This document shows positions 1 to 14,000 of a stretch of DNA of 64,000 nt, piece by piece; the first letter of the stretch is position 1; each line of letters begins with the position of its first letter. The stretch spans positions 1 to 64,000 of the forward strand of contig NW_026781973.1 of assembly GCF_031769215.1 (NCBI RefSeq), in the 5' to 3' direction. A program made the translations under genes and the position numbers. The notes beneath the pieces were generated by a model that did no database searches, had not been told where the DNA came from, and worked only from the letters and a program-made list of their open reading frames with translations. The DNA comes from Ylistrum balloti (lineage: Eukaryota).

Positions 1-420
1 AGAATTATTTTTCTGACTTAATCACCAGGTACTATTATTAATATCAAGCGGACACTTTTGTGATCAGCATACCATTTACACAGTTGTACACAGTGTTAGA
101 TTTGTAGAAACTGATTATCATATGAATATAAAACAATAGTTAAGAAAACAAAAGGATGAAAAGTATTTGATTGTATCACTATTAGATAAATAGATGCTGT
201 GTTAATTAATCAGTTAAGTATCAGTGATTAACCCAACTTAATGATCAATGATGGAAACACTGGTGAAATCATAACTACCCATCCTGATTCTCCATAGCAA
301 TGTTTGATTAACAGTATACCTAGTAAATCACTGTCCTCATAATGACATTATTCTTGGTAATTGAAACTACTGTAAAGCTACATGTCAATAATTTTGTTAT
401 TTAAGAATTAATCAATATCA

Positions 421-906
421 TCATCCTGGTTGTAGTCTTCTATTCTTTCTATTTGTGATAATACAGGACACAAGCTCATCATACCTACAGGGTTTGTCTT
501 CAGTGAACCTGGAACACATGTAGATGTAACTGTTGCCTTTGAAAGAAATTTGACACCAAGAAAGAAGACTTGTCAACTCTTCATCAGCATTTTCTATATC
601 TAGCATGTTCTCTGTGTTTGAAAGGTGAAGATTTGTTTTCCTTAATGCTGCATCGCCCGAGTTGTTCACTAGAGCTGTGTTGTCTCTCCTAAACCTTTTT
701 TCTGGCTTGGGTTCATCAGCTTGTGACAACTGATTCTGTCCATTAAGAAAGCCATATCCAGGCTCAATTAATTTTGAGGAGATTGCCAAAATGCCTTCAT
801 TGTCCATTGTAGATTCTGTCTGGTCTATTCCTATTTTCTGGTTCTTGTCTTGATGATGCTGTCTGTTTGTCTTCAAATTCATCTTGGGTCTTTGCTCCTT
901 TACCAT
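421..906 (-). CDS. Putative small protein of unknown function (161 aa ORF), divergent from VEZT
   Basis: 161-codon ORF in AT-rich DNA. A good acceptor (TTTTACCACATGCAG|, exon from 937) lies just upstream of the ATG at 906, so this is probably a terminal exon. No family recognised. Confidence 0.4.
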   Translation of the reverse strand: MVKEQRPKMNLKTNRQHHQDKNQKIGIDQTESTMDNEGILAISSKLIEPGYGFLNGQNQLSQADEPKPEKRFRRDNTALVNNSGDAALRKTNLHLSNTENMLDIENADEELTSLLSWCQISFKGNSYIYMCSRFTEDKPCRYDELVSCIITNRKNRRLQPG

Positions 907-2016
907 TTGATGGCTTGCTTTGCATTTTCTTTAAGAACTGCATGTGGTAAAAGAGAAAGGAAAGATATACCAAATGCAATACAAGTTATCAAAATATTTC
1001 AAAATTTATCGGAAATTTATTTCAAAATTAAGATATTTCACAAACTGCAAGTCAATATATTCGGAGGATATTACTTTATCAAGAGGACTGTAATGGTTAC
1101 ATAGTTTTGTAGTTACATGTTTTGTAGTTGTTTCAATGTTCAAGGAATTCCTGATATCACAATTTTCATGCAAGGTGTTAGCAACTGACAGACAAGCTCA
1201 TAACACCAGGTTTCAAGAGATGCAGGCTGTTGAAATTACATGGGTATCAAGTTTTACAGTTAGCATAAAGATCAGAATTGGGAAATATTCTATTTCCTTG
1301 TATGATACGAAGTCAGACATGCTTGATGCCCATTAGTATACCTAATGGTTCCAATGTTCAAGTGACATTACTTACTTTGATCGACCAAGATTTACATGTC
1401 TGGTGTCGTCAATGAAGCTGGAGACGCTTATTCTTTGGGAACACCCTTTTTTTCTACCTGTAGTATTTTCAGGAGTCTCCTTGTAAATATTTGTTCGTAT
1501 TTTACACCAGTTAAATTGAATTTTGAGTTAGAAATAAATTTCTGTTTACATATTGGTATTTTCTTTATTTATGCACCAATCATTTGTCTTCTTAATGTGA
1601 TATGTTTTTCTTTTACACAGCTATTGTAAATTGTGAATACATTGCAGACCTACATAACATTTAGGTCCCTAATCAGACAAACAATTAGTATGTTAGTTTT
1701 GTAATAAAGAAAATCACAGACGATGTCATCATTGTTGACTTTAAAAATAATGATAAAAATCAATTTCTTGTGGAAGAAAAGGTCAAAGGTCACACACAGT
1801 TTCTCCAAAACAATAAAATGCCTTAAATACACAATTGATTCTGTAAATCGTCTTTCGGTCTTGCGTTACTAAAACAGGTACGGTTGTTTTATGTAACACA
1901 TCTTCATTTTCCCTTTAAAATGATGTTTTCCGATTCTGGCTTATCCTGCCCAATTCTGCCTGATGCTGTAAATCGTCTAACCCGTCATCTTTATATTCTT
2001 ATAAGTCAAATATTTT

Positions 2017-2031
2017 ACCGGAAGCGGAAAT
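2017..2031 (+). promoter_or_regulatory. Tandem ETS/GABP-type sites in the VEZT (probably bidirectional) promoter
   Basis: ACCGGAAGCGGAAAT about 50 bp upstream of the VEZT ATG. Motif match only. Confidence 0.45.
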
Positions 2032-2079
2032 GGTTAGTTGAATAAGAACCAAGAACGGACAGACATACTTAAACCGGAG

Positions 2080-5000
2080 ATGGATGTATCTGACGAAGAT
2101 GAAGATGTTATTTTTGAAGTAAGTACATATCCATGTAGTAAGCTTCTTTTGTAACACTAAATATTTACAGATGATTACATAGTTAAAACTTAAAATATTC
2201 TTTCAGCACTCTCCCCTTCACCAAAGCCTGAAAGAAGCTGGTTTGAAAGATGCTGATCTTCATCTGTGTAAGGGAGCCGCTGTTCAACTTTCAAGATCGA
2301 CATGCAAAGAGGCGAGTAAAACATGTACAATGACGTCAACGTCATGTTCAGGCATAGAAAAACCTCTTAAAGACCTTTATACAAGCTCACTCTGATATTA
2401 CTCAGGGATGTATATTATTACTCCGTATCTTACGTCCCTGTACTGCAGTAACATTTAACTGACAGGTAAATATACATCTACTTACACTCATCAACCAACG
2501 CTGTTTTTTTCTTCTTTTTGAAGCTCATGCATTAGTACTGTTACATTCAATAATAATGAATTATTTATTAACAGATTATTCATTTTTCACATTTCATATT
2601 TGGCCAATTTTCAGAAATCAGTAAAATCAAACTTTACATTGGATTATGCTTATAAACTATAGAAGATGGATTCTAGAATTTCTTTACTTATTTAATGCAA
2701 TACTTAAAAAAAATGGAGAGTTTTCAGTGATTCAGAAATTCGGAAATATTACTTTATTTTGATAAAAATAGGAATGTATACTCCTATTTTTTATTGAAAA
2801 TTTACACTACTGTATTCAGCATATAGAGACGTAATCAGCCTGTTTTTAGATGTAAAGCATAACAAGTAAAAAAAATCCTGAGGATGTCTGTAATTGTGGA
2901 AAGAGGGTCATCATCGTGACTTCCAGAGATCCCGAAGATTAACGAACGGTCACGTGCCAAGCACCACCACACACTCCGCCTTACAGTATTGCAGAGGTCC
3001 CGTTGGGCGCCAATGTTACAGTTCTTGTTTTCTAGCTAAAGAACACAAGGACCACTGGGTGACAAAAGCTAAATGCTGATCTTTGCAATATTGACATAAT
3101 CTTGCTTCTTCTGACATTGAAAAACTGTGCTAGATATAGTTGCCTCATTAGTACTGGATAAGAGTAACTACCTCAAAAAAAATTGACAAGTTTAGATAGG
3201 GAAGTTTACACTTAGTAACTCTTGACCTTGGGTTGCAGGTGTTTGTGTTGACCTCTTGGTCTAACTGCAATAAAGTACCTGTAAGCCATATATCAATTCA
3301 ACAATTTTTCAAAGCAAAAAATATAAATATAGATGAAACAGTTTAAAATATGTGATAATTACCAGTCACTGCATTGGCTTGTCATATACTTAATATCTAA
3401 TGTTAACAGAAATACAGAAAGCAAATAACACCAAATATTAATTAAATAAATGTTTGAATTTCACCTTCTTTTTCTTTTGCTGTTAAATTTAGGAGGTACC
3501 TCAAAGATGGAAGCTGTCATTGGAATCAATGAGGAGATTTATAATGACTTTCCTGGGACTCACAATACTTTCACAGGACCTACAGAGACTGGTGGGTAAT
3601 CAGATTGTACTAGTTCCAGGGTTTTCCGTAAGAGCCGGTCGCCGGCCAATTTGATCCGCTACCTTGATCATTTGGCCGCCTACACCAATCCAGTTCAATA
3701 AAAATGTTTCGTACATGACTACACGTACACAGCAGGCCAGCCTCCTACTTTCACTACACAGCCTACTACTAACAAAATTATGGAAAACCTTGTAGTTCTG
3801 ATGTGTGGGATCAGGGGTCATGCTTTTTTTTAAACCTATACCAAAACTTATACCTGGATACATATATTTTTATAGACCTATATATTTTCAGAAACCAATA
3901 GTTTAAGGATGATGCTGTGATAAGATATATATATATATATAATTTATGTAATGTTTGTCTCTTGATAAAGGAGCAGGTTGCCTCGGAAATTTGACAATTT
4001 GCATGTCCGCACTGTTGCTATCACCTCATTGATCATATATAGTTATAGGAATAGTTAGTTGTGATCCTCATTAATTGAATATTTATTTGGTAAAAACCAA
4101 ACAAACTGGATAGTTTGTAAGTTTTAAATTTAAGTCCTTTTTAGTGAAAAATCTATCTATAAACTTCACCTACATAAAGAAAATCAATATATAAGTAAAA
4201 AAATATACTAAAAATACTCTGTTGTGGTGTCCTTATCTTATACACAAAGATCTATGTCATTTTGGATTGATTTATTTGAAAGATAATTGTTTCCAGTTTA
4301 ATGTTAGAGTTCACTTGCAAATTCTGGTTTTCTTTTGTTAAGAATTAACTTGTTTGTCTTTATATATTAAATCAAATGTATAATTTTACTACACCACACC
4401 TGTAAAGTTATGCATTGTCTACAAAAAGTACTGAACAGTTATTATTGATCCAACAATACATCATTTTAACTGAATTACACAGGACTGATGTGACAACAAC
4501 AGAACAAAACAGGTAATAATTTCATAAAACTTATGTAGATGACCAGATATGAAGATTTGGTGGCATCTACCATAACTAGGTCAGTGTTACCTGTATTTTA
4601 AATTTCATGAAAAGAAAACTATTTTTTATTCTTTCTAAAAGCCCTCTCCCATACTATTTTGGCATTGGACTTTCAATATTTATTGTTCTTGTGAGGCATC
4701 CTCAGAAGACTATGTGCTTCATACATAAAACAGTCACTGTGACTTATGTTTTCAACAAACGGCTTCCAAGGTATATCAGATGTTCTTGTCACATAAATTA
4801 TCTTTATTTTGTTATATCCTAGGAAGATTGTTGTCACATACCAAAAGTAGGTCATTATGATTAATATTGCAACCTTTGACCTCAGCAAGTAATAGATATT
4901 GGTCATTCCCATGGCTGAAGCGGTATCTTGTAGGATCTTTAGTGGGTATATATTAGGAAGGTGGTGTGTATTTTGTGTTAAAGACAGAAAACCTCAGGGG

Positions 5001-8000
5001 TCAAAATTAACTTATTTTAATCACTAGCAAACCATTGCAAGTGCCTAAAATTTCCACTAGCAAAAATGATGAACAAACTAGCAATTTTTTGGTGAATAGG
5101 TTTGACTTTCATTTACTGATATATTGAGTTTTTCAGGAACTGAGTGATATTGGAAAAGATATCAAAGACATTAGATAAGAATGGCTGATTGCATCATTAC
5201 TAGATGATTTGTTGTATCCTAGACTAATATTCAATTCTTTTTCCCATTTCCGTACCGTTTTTAACGTGGCCGTATATGCACGTGGTTGTGATTTTTGTAT
5301 CAGCAGCGTCAGGAGAAACACTCTCCGATTTCGACGATTTTTTTTCAGAAGGGCCAGGCTGTGGCTGTTGACTATCGTCTAACCTAATTACTCATTTAAA
5401 GGCAGATGGAGAAAGGCATTTTGTGGCAGATGTTTCGTCAAAAATAGTGATTAGGTATATTTCATTTCCACTTGCAAAATTTTTGCTAGTTCATTATTTT
5501 CCAGCTAGCAATAAACAGATTTTAGCTGGCATTTTGCTAGTTGTATATAGTTAATTTTGAACCCTGAAACCTTAACCTATATTTTTACTTTTGACCTATA
5601 TATTACCTTTATGTATTATCAAGTGGAATCAGGAGTAGTAAGCTCTTCTTATAATGTATCGATATCTGGTCTGTGTGTCTCATTCTCTCAAAATATTTCA
5701 TTTCTTTCAGACACGTTTTTACAATGCAGAAATCTTGAAATTGATACTGAAGTCAAAACTAATGACAGAAGAGGATATGGACTTTCTGAATACAGCGTTA
5801 CCTATACGGGACACCCTTACTCACAGTATCACAGTCAGACCTACAGTGTAAGCATACAAATCTGTACTAATCCAAAGCATACTCCCTGGAATACTAAAAA
5901 AATATGTCTGCTATTGGTTATCAGACAAATATACCACCTGACAGTAAATCCTAATTGCTGTTTAACACACTGAAGGAATGCTTTGAAGGGATTTTAGTAA
6001 ATTTTGGCGTTTACTTTGCTTGTATATTTACAGCTGCACTTTGAAGGTGCAATAAATTTTGTAAGCCATTATATAACTTTTTATGATATTAAACTTATAC
6101 ATATATTTGTATGTCTTTTGTAAAAGAAATATTTATCACAAAGAAATATGCTATGTTAATTGCTGATACCCGGTATTCTAAAATTGATTTCATATCATTA
6201 CATGAATTAATAAAAAAGTTTTTCTACCATGTTTTCTTAATGATAATTTTCGGCAAATAATTGAAAAAATAGAAATGTTTGCCATTGTATCAACAGTTTG
6301 GTAACATTGTCCCTGCCTTGTCTCCTGGCCTACTTGTATGGGCGAGTAGTCTACCCAGAGATGCCATGGAAATTCCGCAGTCTGACCGATGTGATGGCTT
6401 TTCTGTGTCTGTGTTACATGGTAGCAGTGATCTTGAAATGGGTTGTGTTGTATCATCATCAGTCAAGGTTAACCCGAGGCTCCAAGCACATCCGCCGACT
6501 TGTCAGCTCCTGTGAGGGACTGCTGCGTATCACTGCCCGATCTCTACGACTTGTCCAGGAAGCAGAGCTTGTAGCCCGGGGATTTACCCTGTAAGATGTG
6601 TGATCACTGTATCTTAACCATGTAACATTAAATTGTGGGATTTGTCAACAAGACATTTGTTCATATCTATATATATCTTTATATTTGTGACAACTGTTGT
6701 GAGTGTCTGCTCTTAATCATCTCTGTAGGACTGAGATCAGTGCAGAGTGTCTTTACTGTCAAACATCTAGTTTGTGAAACATATGATCAGAAGAGAGACA
6801 ATCATCTTAATTCAATCTTGTTCTTTTTTCTTGTAGCATTTGTTATTACAGTGTCAAGTGAATTTTTTTAATAGGGTGAGTCAGCAGACACCAGTAAGCA
6901 GACTAGAACAGAATAGTCTCCACAGCACACAACGACAATGTCCACAGCTGCGTGCTTTGCTCTTCCTTGTTTCAAGGAAGGCCATGCTTTTAGCTAAAGA
7001 TAAGACCATGGCCCTTATCAACTGGTATCTTTTTATCACACTGTTAGTCACACAGTTTTTACTCTTATTGTTCAGCTGTTAAGGAAACCATAACCTCTGT
7101 CATTTTTGTTATTCTCAGTTGTTCCTGTTTCATTTATTTTTAAATACAATACTGAATTTTTTCCCATTCGTCAAGATATAGGACTTTGGTTTGTACTGTA
7201 AAGAATACATATGTTTGGGTAACTTGTAGATATAGGACTTTGGTCTGTACTGTAAAGAATACATATGTTGGGGTAACTTGTAGGACTTTGGTCTCACTGT
7301 CTGTACTGTAAAGAATACATATGTTTGGGCTACTTGTAGATATAGGACTTTGGTCTGTACTGTAAAGAATACATATGTTGGGGTAACTTGTAGATATAGG
7401 ACTTTGGTCTCACTGTCTGTACTGTAAAGAATACATATGTTTGGGCTACTTGTAGATATAGGACTTTGGTCTGTACTGTCTGTACTGTAAAGAATACATA
7501 TGTTGGGGGTAACTTGTAGATATAGGACTTTGGTCTGTACTGTAAAGAATACATATGTTGGGGTAACTTGTAGGACTTTGGTCTCACTGTCTGTACTGTA
7601 AAGAATACATATGTTTGGGCTACTTGTAGATATAGGACTTTGGTCTGTACTGTCTGTACTGTAAAGAATACATATGTTGGGGGTAACTTGTAGATATAGG
7701 ACTTTGGTCTGTACTGTAAAGAATACATATGTTGGGGTAACTTGTAGGACTTTGGTCTCACTGTCTGTACTGTAAAGAATACATATGTTTGGGCTACTTG
7801 TAGATATAGGACTTTGGTCTGTACTGTAAAGAATACATATGTTGGGGTAACTTGTAGATATAGGACTTTGGTCTGTACTGTAAAGAATACATATGTTGGG
7901 GTAACTTGTAGGACTTTGGTCTCACTGTCTGTACTGTAAAGAATACATATGTTGGGGTAACTTGTAGGACTTTGGTCTCACTTTCTGTGCTGTAAAGAAT

Positions 8001-11000
8001 ACATATGTTGGGGTAACTTGTAGATATAGGACTTTGGTCTCACTGTCTGTACTGTAAAGAATACATATGTTTGGGCTACTTGTAGATATAGGACTTTGGT
8101 CTGTACTGTCTGTACTGTAAAGAATACATATGTTGGGGGTAACTTGTAGATATAGGACTTTGGTCTGTACTGTAAAGAATACATATGTTTGGGCTACTTG
8201 TAGGACTTTGGTCTCACTGTCTGTACTGTAAAGAATACATATGTTTGGGCTACTTGTAGATATAGGACTTTGGTCTGTACTGTAAAGAATACATATGTTT
8301 GGGCTACTTGTAGATATAGGACTTTGGTCTGTACTGTCTGTACTGTAAAGAATACATATGTTGGGGTAACTTGTAGATATAGGACTTTGGTCTGTACTGT
8401 AAAGAATACATATGTTGGGGTAACTTGTAGATATAGGACTTTGGTCTGTACTGTCTGTACTGTAAAGAATACATATGTTGGGGTAACTTGTAGATATAGG
8501 ACTTTGGTCTGTACTGTAAAGAATACATATGTTGGGGTTACTTGTAGGACTTTGGTCTCACTGTCTGTACTGTAAAGAATACATATGTTGGGGTAACTTG
8601 TAGGACTTTGGTCTCACTGTCTGTACTGTAAAGAATACATTTGTTGGGGTAACTTGTAGATATAGGACTTTGGTTTGTACTGTAAAGAATACATTTGTTG
8701 GGGTAACTTGTAGATATAGGACTTTGGTCTGTACTGTAAAGAATACATATGTTGGGGTAACTTGTAGGACTTTGGTCTCACTGTCTGTACTGTAAAGAAT
8801 ACATATGTTTGGGCTACTTGTAGATATAGGACTTTGGTCTGTACTGTCTGTACTGTAAAGAATACATATGTTGGGGTAACTTGTAGATATAGGACTTTGG
8901 TCTGTACTGTAAAGAATACATATGTTGGGGTAACTTGTAGATATAGGACTTTGGTCTCACTGTCTGTACTGTAAAGAATATATATGTTTGGGCTACTTGT
9001 AGATATAGGACTTTGGTCTGTACTGTCTGTACTGTAAAGAATACATATGTTGGGGGTAACTTGTAGATATAGGACTTTGGTCTGTACTGTAAAGAATACA
9101 TATGTTGGGGTAACTTGTAGGACTTTGGTCTCACTGTCTGTACTGTAAAGAATACATATGTTGGGGTTACTTGTAGGACTTTGGTCTCTCTGTCTGTACT
9201 GTAAAGAATACATTTGTTGGGGTAACTTGTAGGACTTTGGTCTCACTGTCTGTACTGTAAAGAATACATATGTTGGGGTAACTTGTAGGACTTTGGTCTC
9301 ACTGTCTGTACTGTAAAGAATACATATGTTGGGGTAACTTGTAGGACTTTGGTCTGTACTGTCTGTACTGTAAAGAATACATTTGTTGGGGTAACTTGTA
9401 GATATAGGACTTTGGTCTGTACTGTAAAGAATACATATGTTGGGGTAACTTGTAGGACTTTGGTCTCACTGTCTGTACTGTAAAGAATACATATGTTGGG
9501 GCCACTTGTAGAAATAGGACTTTGGTCTCACTTTCTGTGCTGTAAAGAATACATATGTTGGGGCTACTTGTAGATATAGGACTTTGGTCTCACAGTCTGT
9601 ACTGTAAGAATGTGGTATGGATCTCTTGACTTGGTAAACGGCAGGACTTGTTAGAGAATTGCCGTGAGCCCTATACTAAGATGGACAGTCTCAGCCATTT
9701 TGTCTTAAACAAGGCTAAAGTTTTGGTACAAATTAATACAAAGTATCTTACTTTAAGACTTGTAAAGTCTTACTAACTTGTCAGAGCAGTCTGAAATGTA
9801 TATTTAATGTCAACAATACAAGTGTAACTTACATCATCTTCTCACTCCATTTTGAAGACATTTTGAAATTTCTTTTTCAGTCCCAGTATTATCCTTTATG
9901 ATTTGTAAGATATTCTCCTTAGCTATATGACTAGTTACCCCCTTAGTGGGGACTTAGATGGAGCTTTAAATTACCTGGCCCAGGTACCTGTAAAAGAATA
10001 TGGTCCATGTGTACAGACTGATGGGGACGGAGAGGAGGGGAGGTCACACCTGTACAACATCACTGATGGATTTTCTGTTGCCTCGTTGAAGGTAACATAT
10101 CATTTTATATTTCAATTTCTACCCAAATCAGACTCGATGAAACTACTTAATGTGATCTGCTTCATTTACTGATGAATTTGACCAGTGCGTATGAATACAA
10201 ATATTAGGTATGGGCAGATAACTCCCCAACTTCTACTACACTGCCAATATACAACAAGTATGAGATTTAAAAACATCAAAATAAAATTTTAAAAACTATT
10301 GAAAACTAATAATAAAATTTGAAAAAAAAAAGAATTATGTATTCAACATTTAATAACTGTAACTTTACGTTTCAAAAGATGTGAAGCGACTGAAGCCTGA
10401 TATTTCTTGTTCTTCGCTTCGATGCCTGTAAAAAAAAGGCCGACATCGCTTCGTTTGCGAACTGGCGCACCACGTCTAGACGTTATTATTCTGCGGGAAA
10501 AAGATGCATATTGTCTTTGTTGCATAGAATTATCAAAATTTTTATTAAAGTTGTCCAAAAACATATTAAATTTTGTTCTTATTTAAATTTCATAGAATAT
10601 TAAGTAACCATGCTGAAACATATTTCAACCTGTCACAATAACCTGTCTTCAAATGACGGACTATTTGCTTGTTTGACGTCAAACGATATGATGACAAGAA
10701 TTGAAAATCTAAGTAGAAGATAAATTGCTTCAGTTCCCATGCTATAGAAAAAAGAAGCGTGAATTGAAATATAAGGATTGAATCTTGCTTATGTCGATTT
10801 CATGGGATGATAAATTGAGTTGGTTTTGAGACAAATTTAATGAATCCTTAAATGAATAAATATGATTAACAAACAAACAATGAAATTGATTTGCTTAAAG
10901 TAAAGATTTTATACAGACAGGTTTTTTTTGTCCTTTGCTTTCTTGTTCTACTTTTCATTGGCTTTTAGTTTAATTTATTAATTGCAGGTAATTGTTTTTT

Positions 11001-14000
11001 AGGGGATTAAACATTTGTGTGACCTGCATATATCTGAACTGTTCAGACGTTTGACCTTCGTCCTCTGTTATTCAGGTAAGTGTAGGTTCACACTGCTGTG
11101 CTTTACCTTATCTGGTACATAAACATTTACTGATATGTTCACATTGATTGTGATAACATTGGTGTACATGTTTAAGAGCTAATTCTGTTTCGTCAGTTTA
11201 CTTCATATTTCATGATGTGAACTGTTATGACAATATGAAAATTACTGTTACATTGTTTTCTATTTCTTCTAGTTCAGGCCTGTTTAACTATTGCCACAAT
11301 ACTACATACATTTGACTGTAACTCATATTGTTATCAAGTTAAAAACCAGATCAAAAGTTAATAGAAGGGTTAGGTTACATTAGCTTTGAATTGAAAGATT
11401 TGAAGATTTTGGCTTTTTTTTTTGACTCCCCGAATTTCCGAGAGCATGTAGTTGCCACCATGTCCACCGGTCCATCCGTCTTTTCCTCTGTCCTTTTGTG
11501 TCCAGAACATGACTTTGTTCACAGTTAAGCAGGGATCAGGAAACTTGGTGTATACATTTGTTATACTAAGTTGACGTGCAGTATATCAAATTCAGGGCCT
11601 TCAATCCTTAAATCAAAGAGTTATTGCCCTTTGTTAAAATTATGTGGATAGAGCACGTGTCAATTTGCTTGAATTTTAACAAGGCTAATGAAACTTGTTG
11701 GATATATTGATCTTACTTAGAAAATGTGCAGTGTACAAAATTCGGAACCCTCCACCCCTCAATTATAGAGTTATTGCCATTTGTTAAATATTTTGAGCCC
11801 TGAGCATAACTTTGCACACAGTTAAGCAAGGATCATATGATGTTAGGGCCCACGTCACCTTGATTACAGAGTTATTGCCCTTTGTTAAATTTTTGTGTCC
11901 GGGCATCACTTTGCATGCATTTAAATGCACTGTGATATTGAAATATGATAATGCATTAGTCATACAAAAGCAAGGTGCAGTGCAGTAATGTCAAAGCCAA
12001 TGATCCCTCAGGTACATAGTTATTGTCCATAAAATTTCGTCACGAGCATAGGTTTGTTTGCATTCAAACTAGGATCATGAAACTGTGGTAGATCTGGTTG
12101 TTTGCAGAATAAGTTAAAACAAACTCCTCTGAGTTACGTTCTGTCATTTATTGTTGACAAGAATTTTGGATCACCAGCCCTAGAACAACAGATAAAATTA
12201 CAAGTACTTAAAATCTACACTTACCCACATATGGCATATAACTTGACACGTACCTATACACTTTGCATACGTCATTCAAATTATTTCCAATTACAATAAT
12301 AGATGTAAATTATAAATAAAATTATATTCTTGGAACATTACATGTACCAATTGACATCAAATAACATTGTAGAACACATCGTACCTGCGTGTGGCACAAA
12401 GTCTTTATTCTGACCAAATAGACGTCTAGAGCGATTCTGTTTTAATACTGTAAAGGACAAATAAAAAAATGGACTCAAAAATATTTCCAAATCTCAAATT
12501 CATATGAAAACAGAAACATATTTAAATCATACGACTTTGGGAATTTGACAAAGTGAATCTTGTAATATTTGTTTCTAGATTTCACAATTTCAATCAATAA
12601 TCATGATTAATTATATCTAACTAATCATATTAACTTGATAACCAAATATGGATATAAAAATGATAGCGTTGCCTCACTTAATAAAAATCATTCAAACTCT
12701 TACATTCAAAAATATGTCCGTCCTGCCAGGAGTCTACTAAAGGTACTGCCTAAACAGACTTGAAACACAAAGAAACACGTGCCAAACTGACCATAAGAAC
12801 CTACCAATATAAATTCGCCAATATATGTAAACAACTCACTTATGGAAATTGGACAAACCACACCATGGGACACGAACGTAACAAAACTCCAACTGAGCAA
12901 CACAATACACCTGTACACCTATAATCACAACATGGGACCCGGTACACGGACGCGACTTTTACATGAGCACAATATAATTACGGACAGCTGGCAGTCTGTA
13001 ATACAATAAAATAAAACATACAAATTTCAGCCCTGCTAAAAACTATGTATACATTGGTCATACTAAGAAAATGTACAGTACACCAAATTCAGGTCCTGTA
13101 ATCAACTTTGTTACAGAATTATTGCCCTTTGTTCGAATTTTGTGTCCACTTAAGTTGTTTTCAAGGAGCATTCATCAGTTTCACTGGTACTCATGGTTCT
13201 TATTTCCCTTTTTGTTTGTGTTTTATATACAAGATGAAGCTTTATTAGCTACAGACTAGAATGCTCTTAAAAATGTAAAAAAGGAATTGTTGTCGAGAGT
13301 TTGTGATTTCATCATTCTAAGGAGTTATCTAGTAAGAGATATTAATGCTCCAATCGGCAACACTCATTACATAAATCAGTATACATGTACATGCCCTACA
13401 CTTTTGAATTTTTATTCACCAATTATGGAATAACTGGAATACTGTTTATAGGTGAAGAAGGTTTGAGATTAGAGACAACTGAGATGGAGGCCTTAGTGAC
13501 TGGTATACATACCCCCATATCTAAGAAAACATGGTCACTAGAGCAGATGTACAAATCTCACGCTTGCTTGATAGAGGATAAGGGGACACAGACCCCAAAG
13601 TATACTCCTGATGACGCCCACCCCCTCAGAGAGACGTATATGGCTGTCCATAGTCTTGACCTCCATCTACAAGCTGCCTGGCTCAGGTAATCAATCTATG
13701 GCCTCATTAAGTCAGCAAAAATCTAGTTAAGATTATTTTGAAACTGTAGCATGATCCATATTTATGAAGATGCTTACCTTTCAGGAACACCTAGTATTAT
13801 TCTCCCTGTACTTTTTTTGTTCAGGTTTTGTCCACATGTCACTAAAGAGTTTCAATACAGATTCTGTTGACATGTCAGTATTTTCATTGTTTTTATATTA
13901 TGTCATATATCCTTAGGGTGCGGTCACTTTCTTCCCTCTTGGAGACACACATTGACCATAGCAGTGCAGGTCATCTTGACCATGGTGATGAAGGTCACAC

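Noticed and set aside
7330-9505. Many 68-210 aa ORFs on both strands (YSLQYRPKSYIYKLPQH etc.)
   Set aside because: Translations of the intronic satellite; frames shift with unit indels and there is no splice or domain support.
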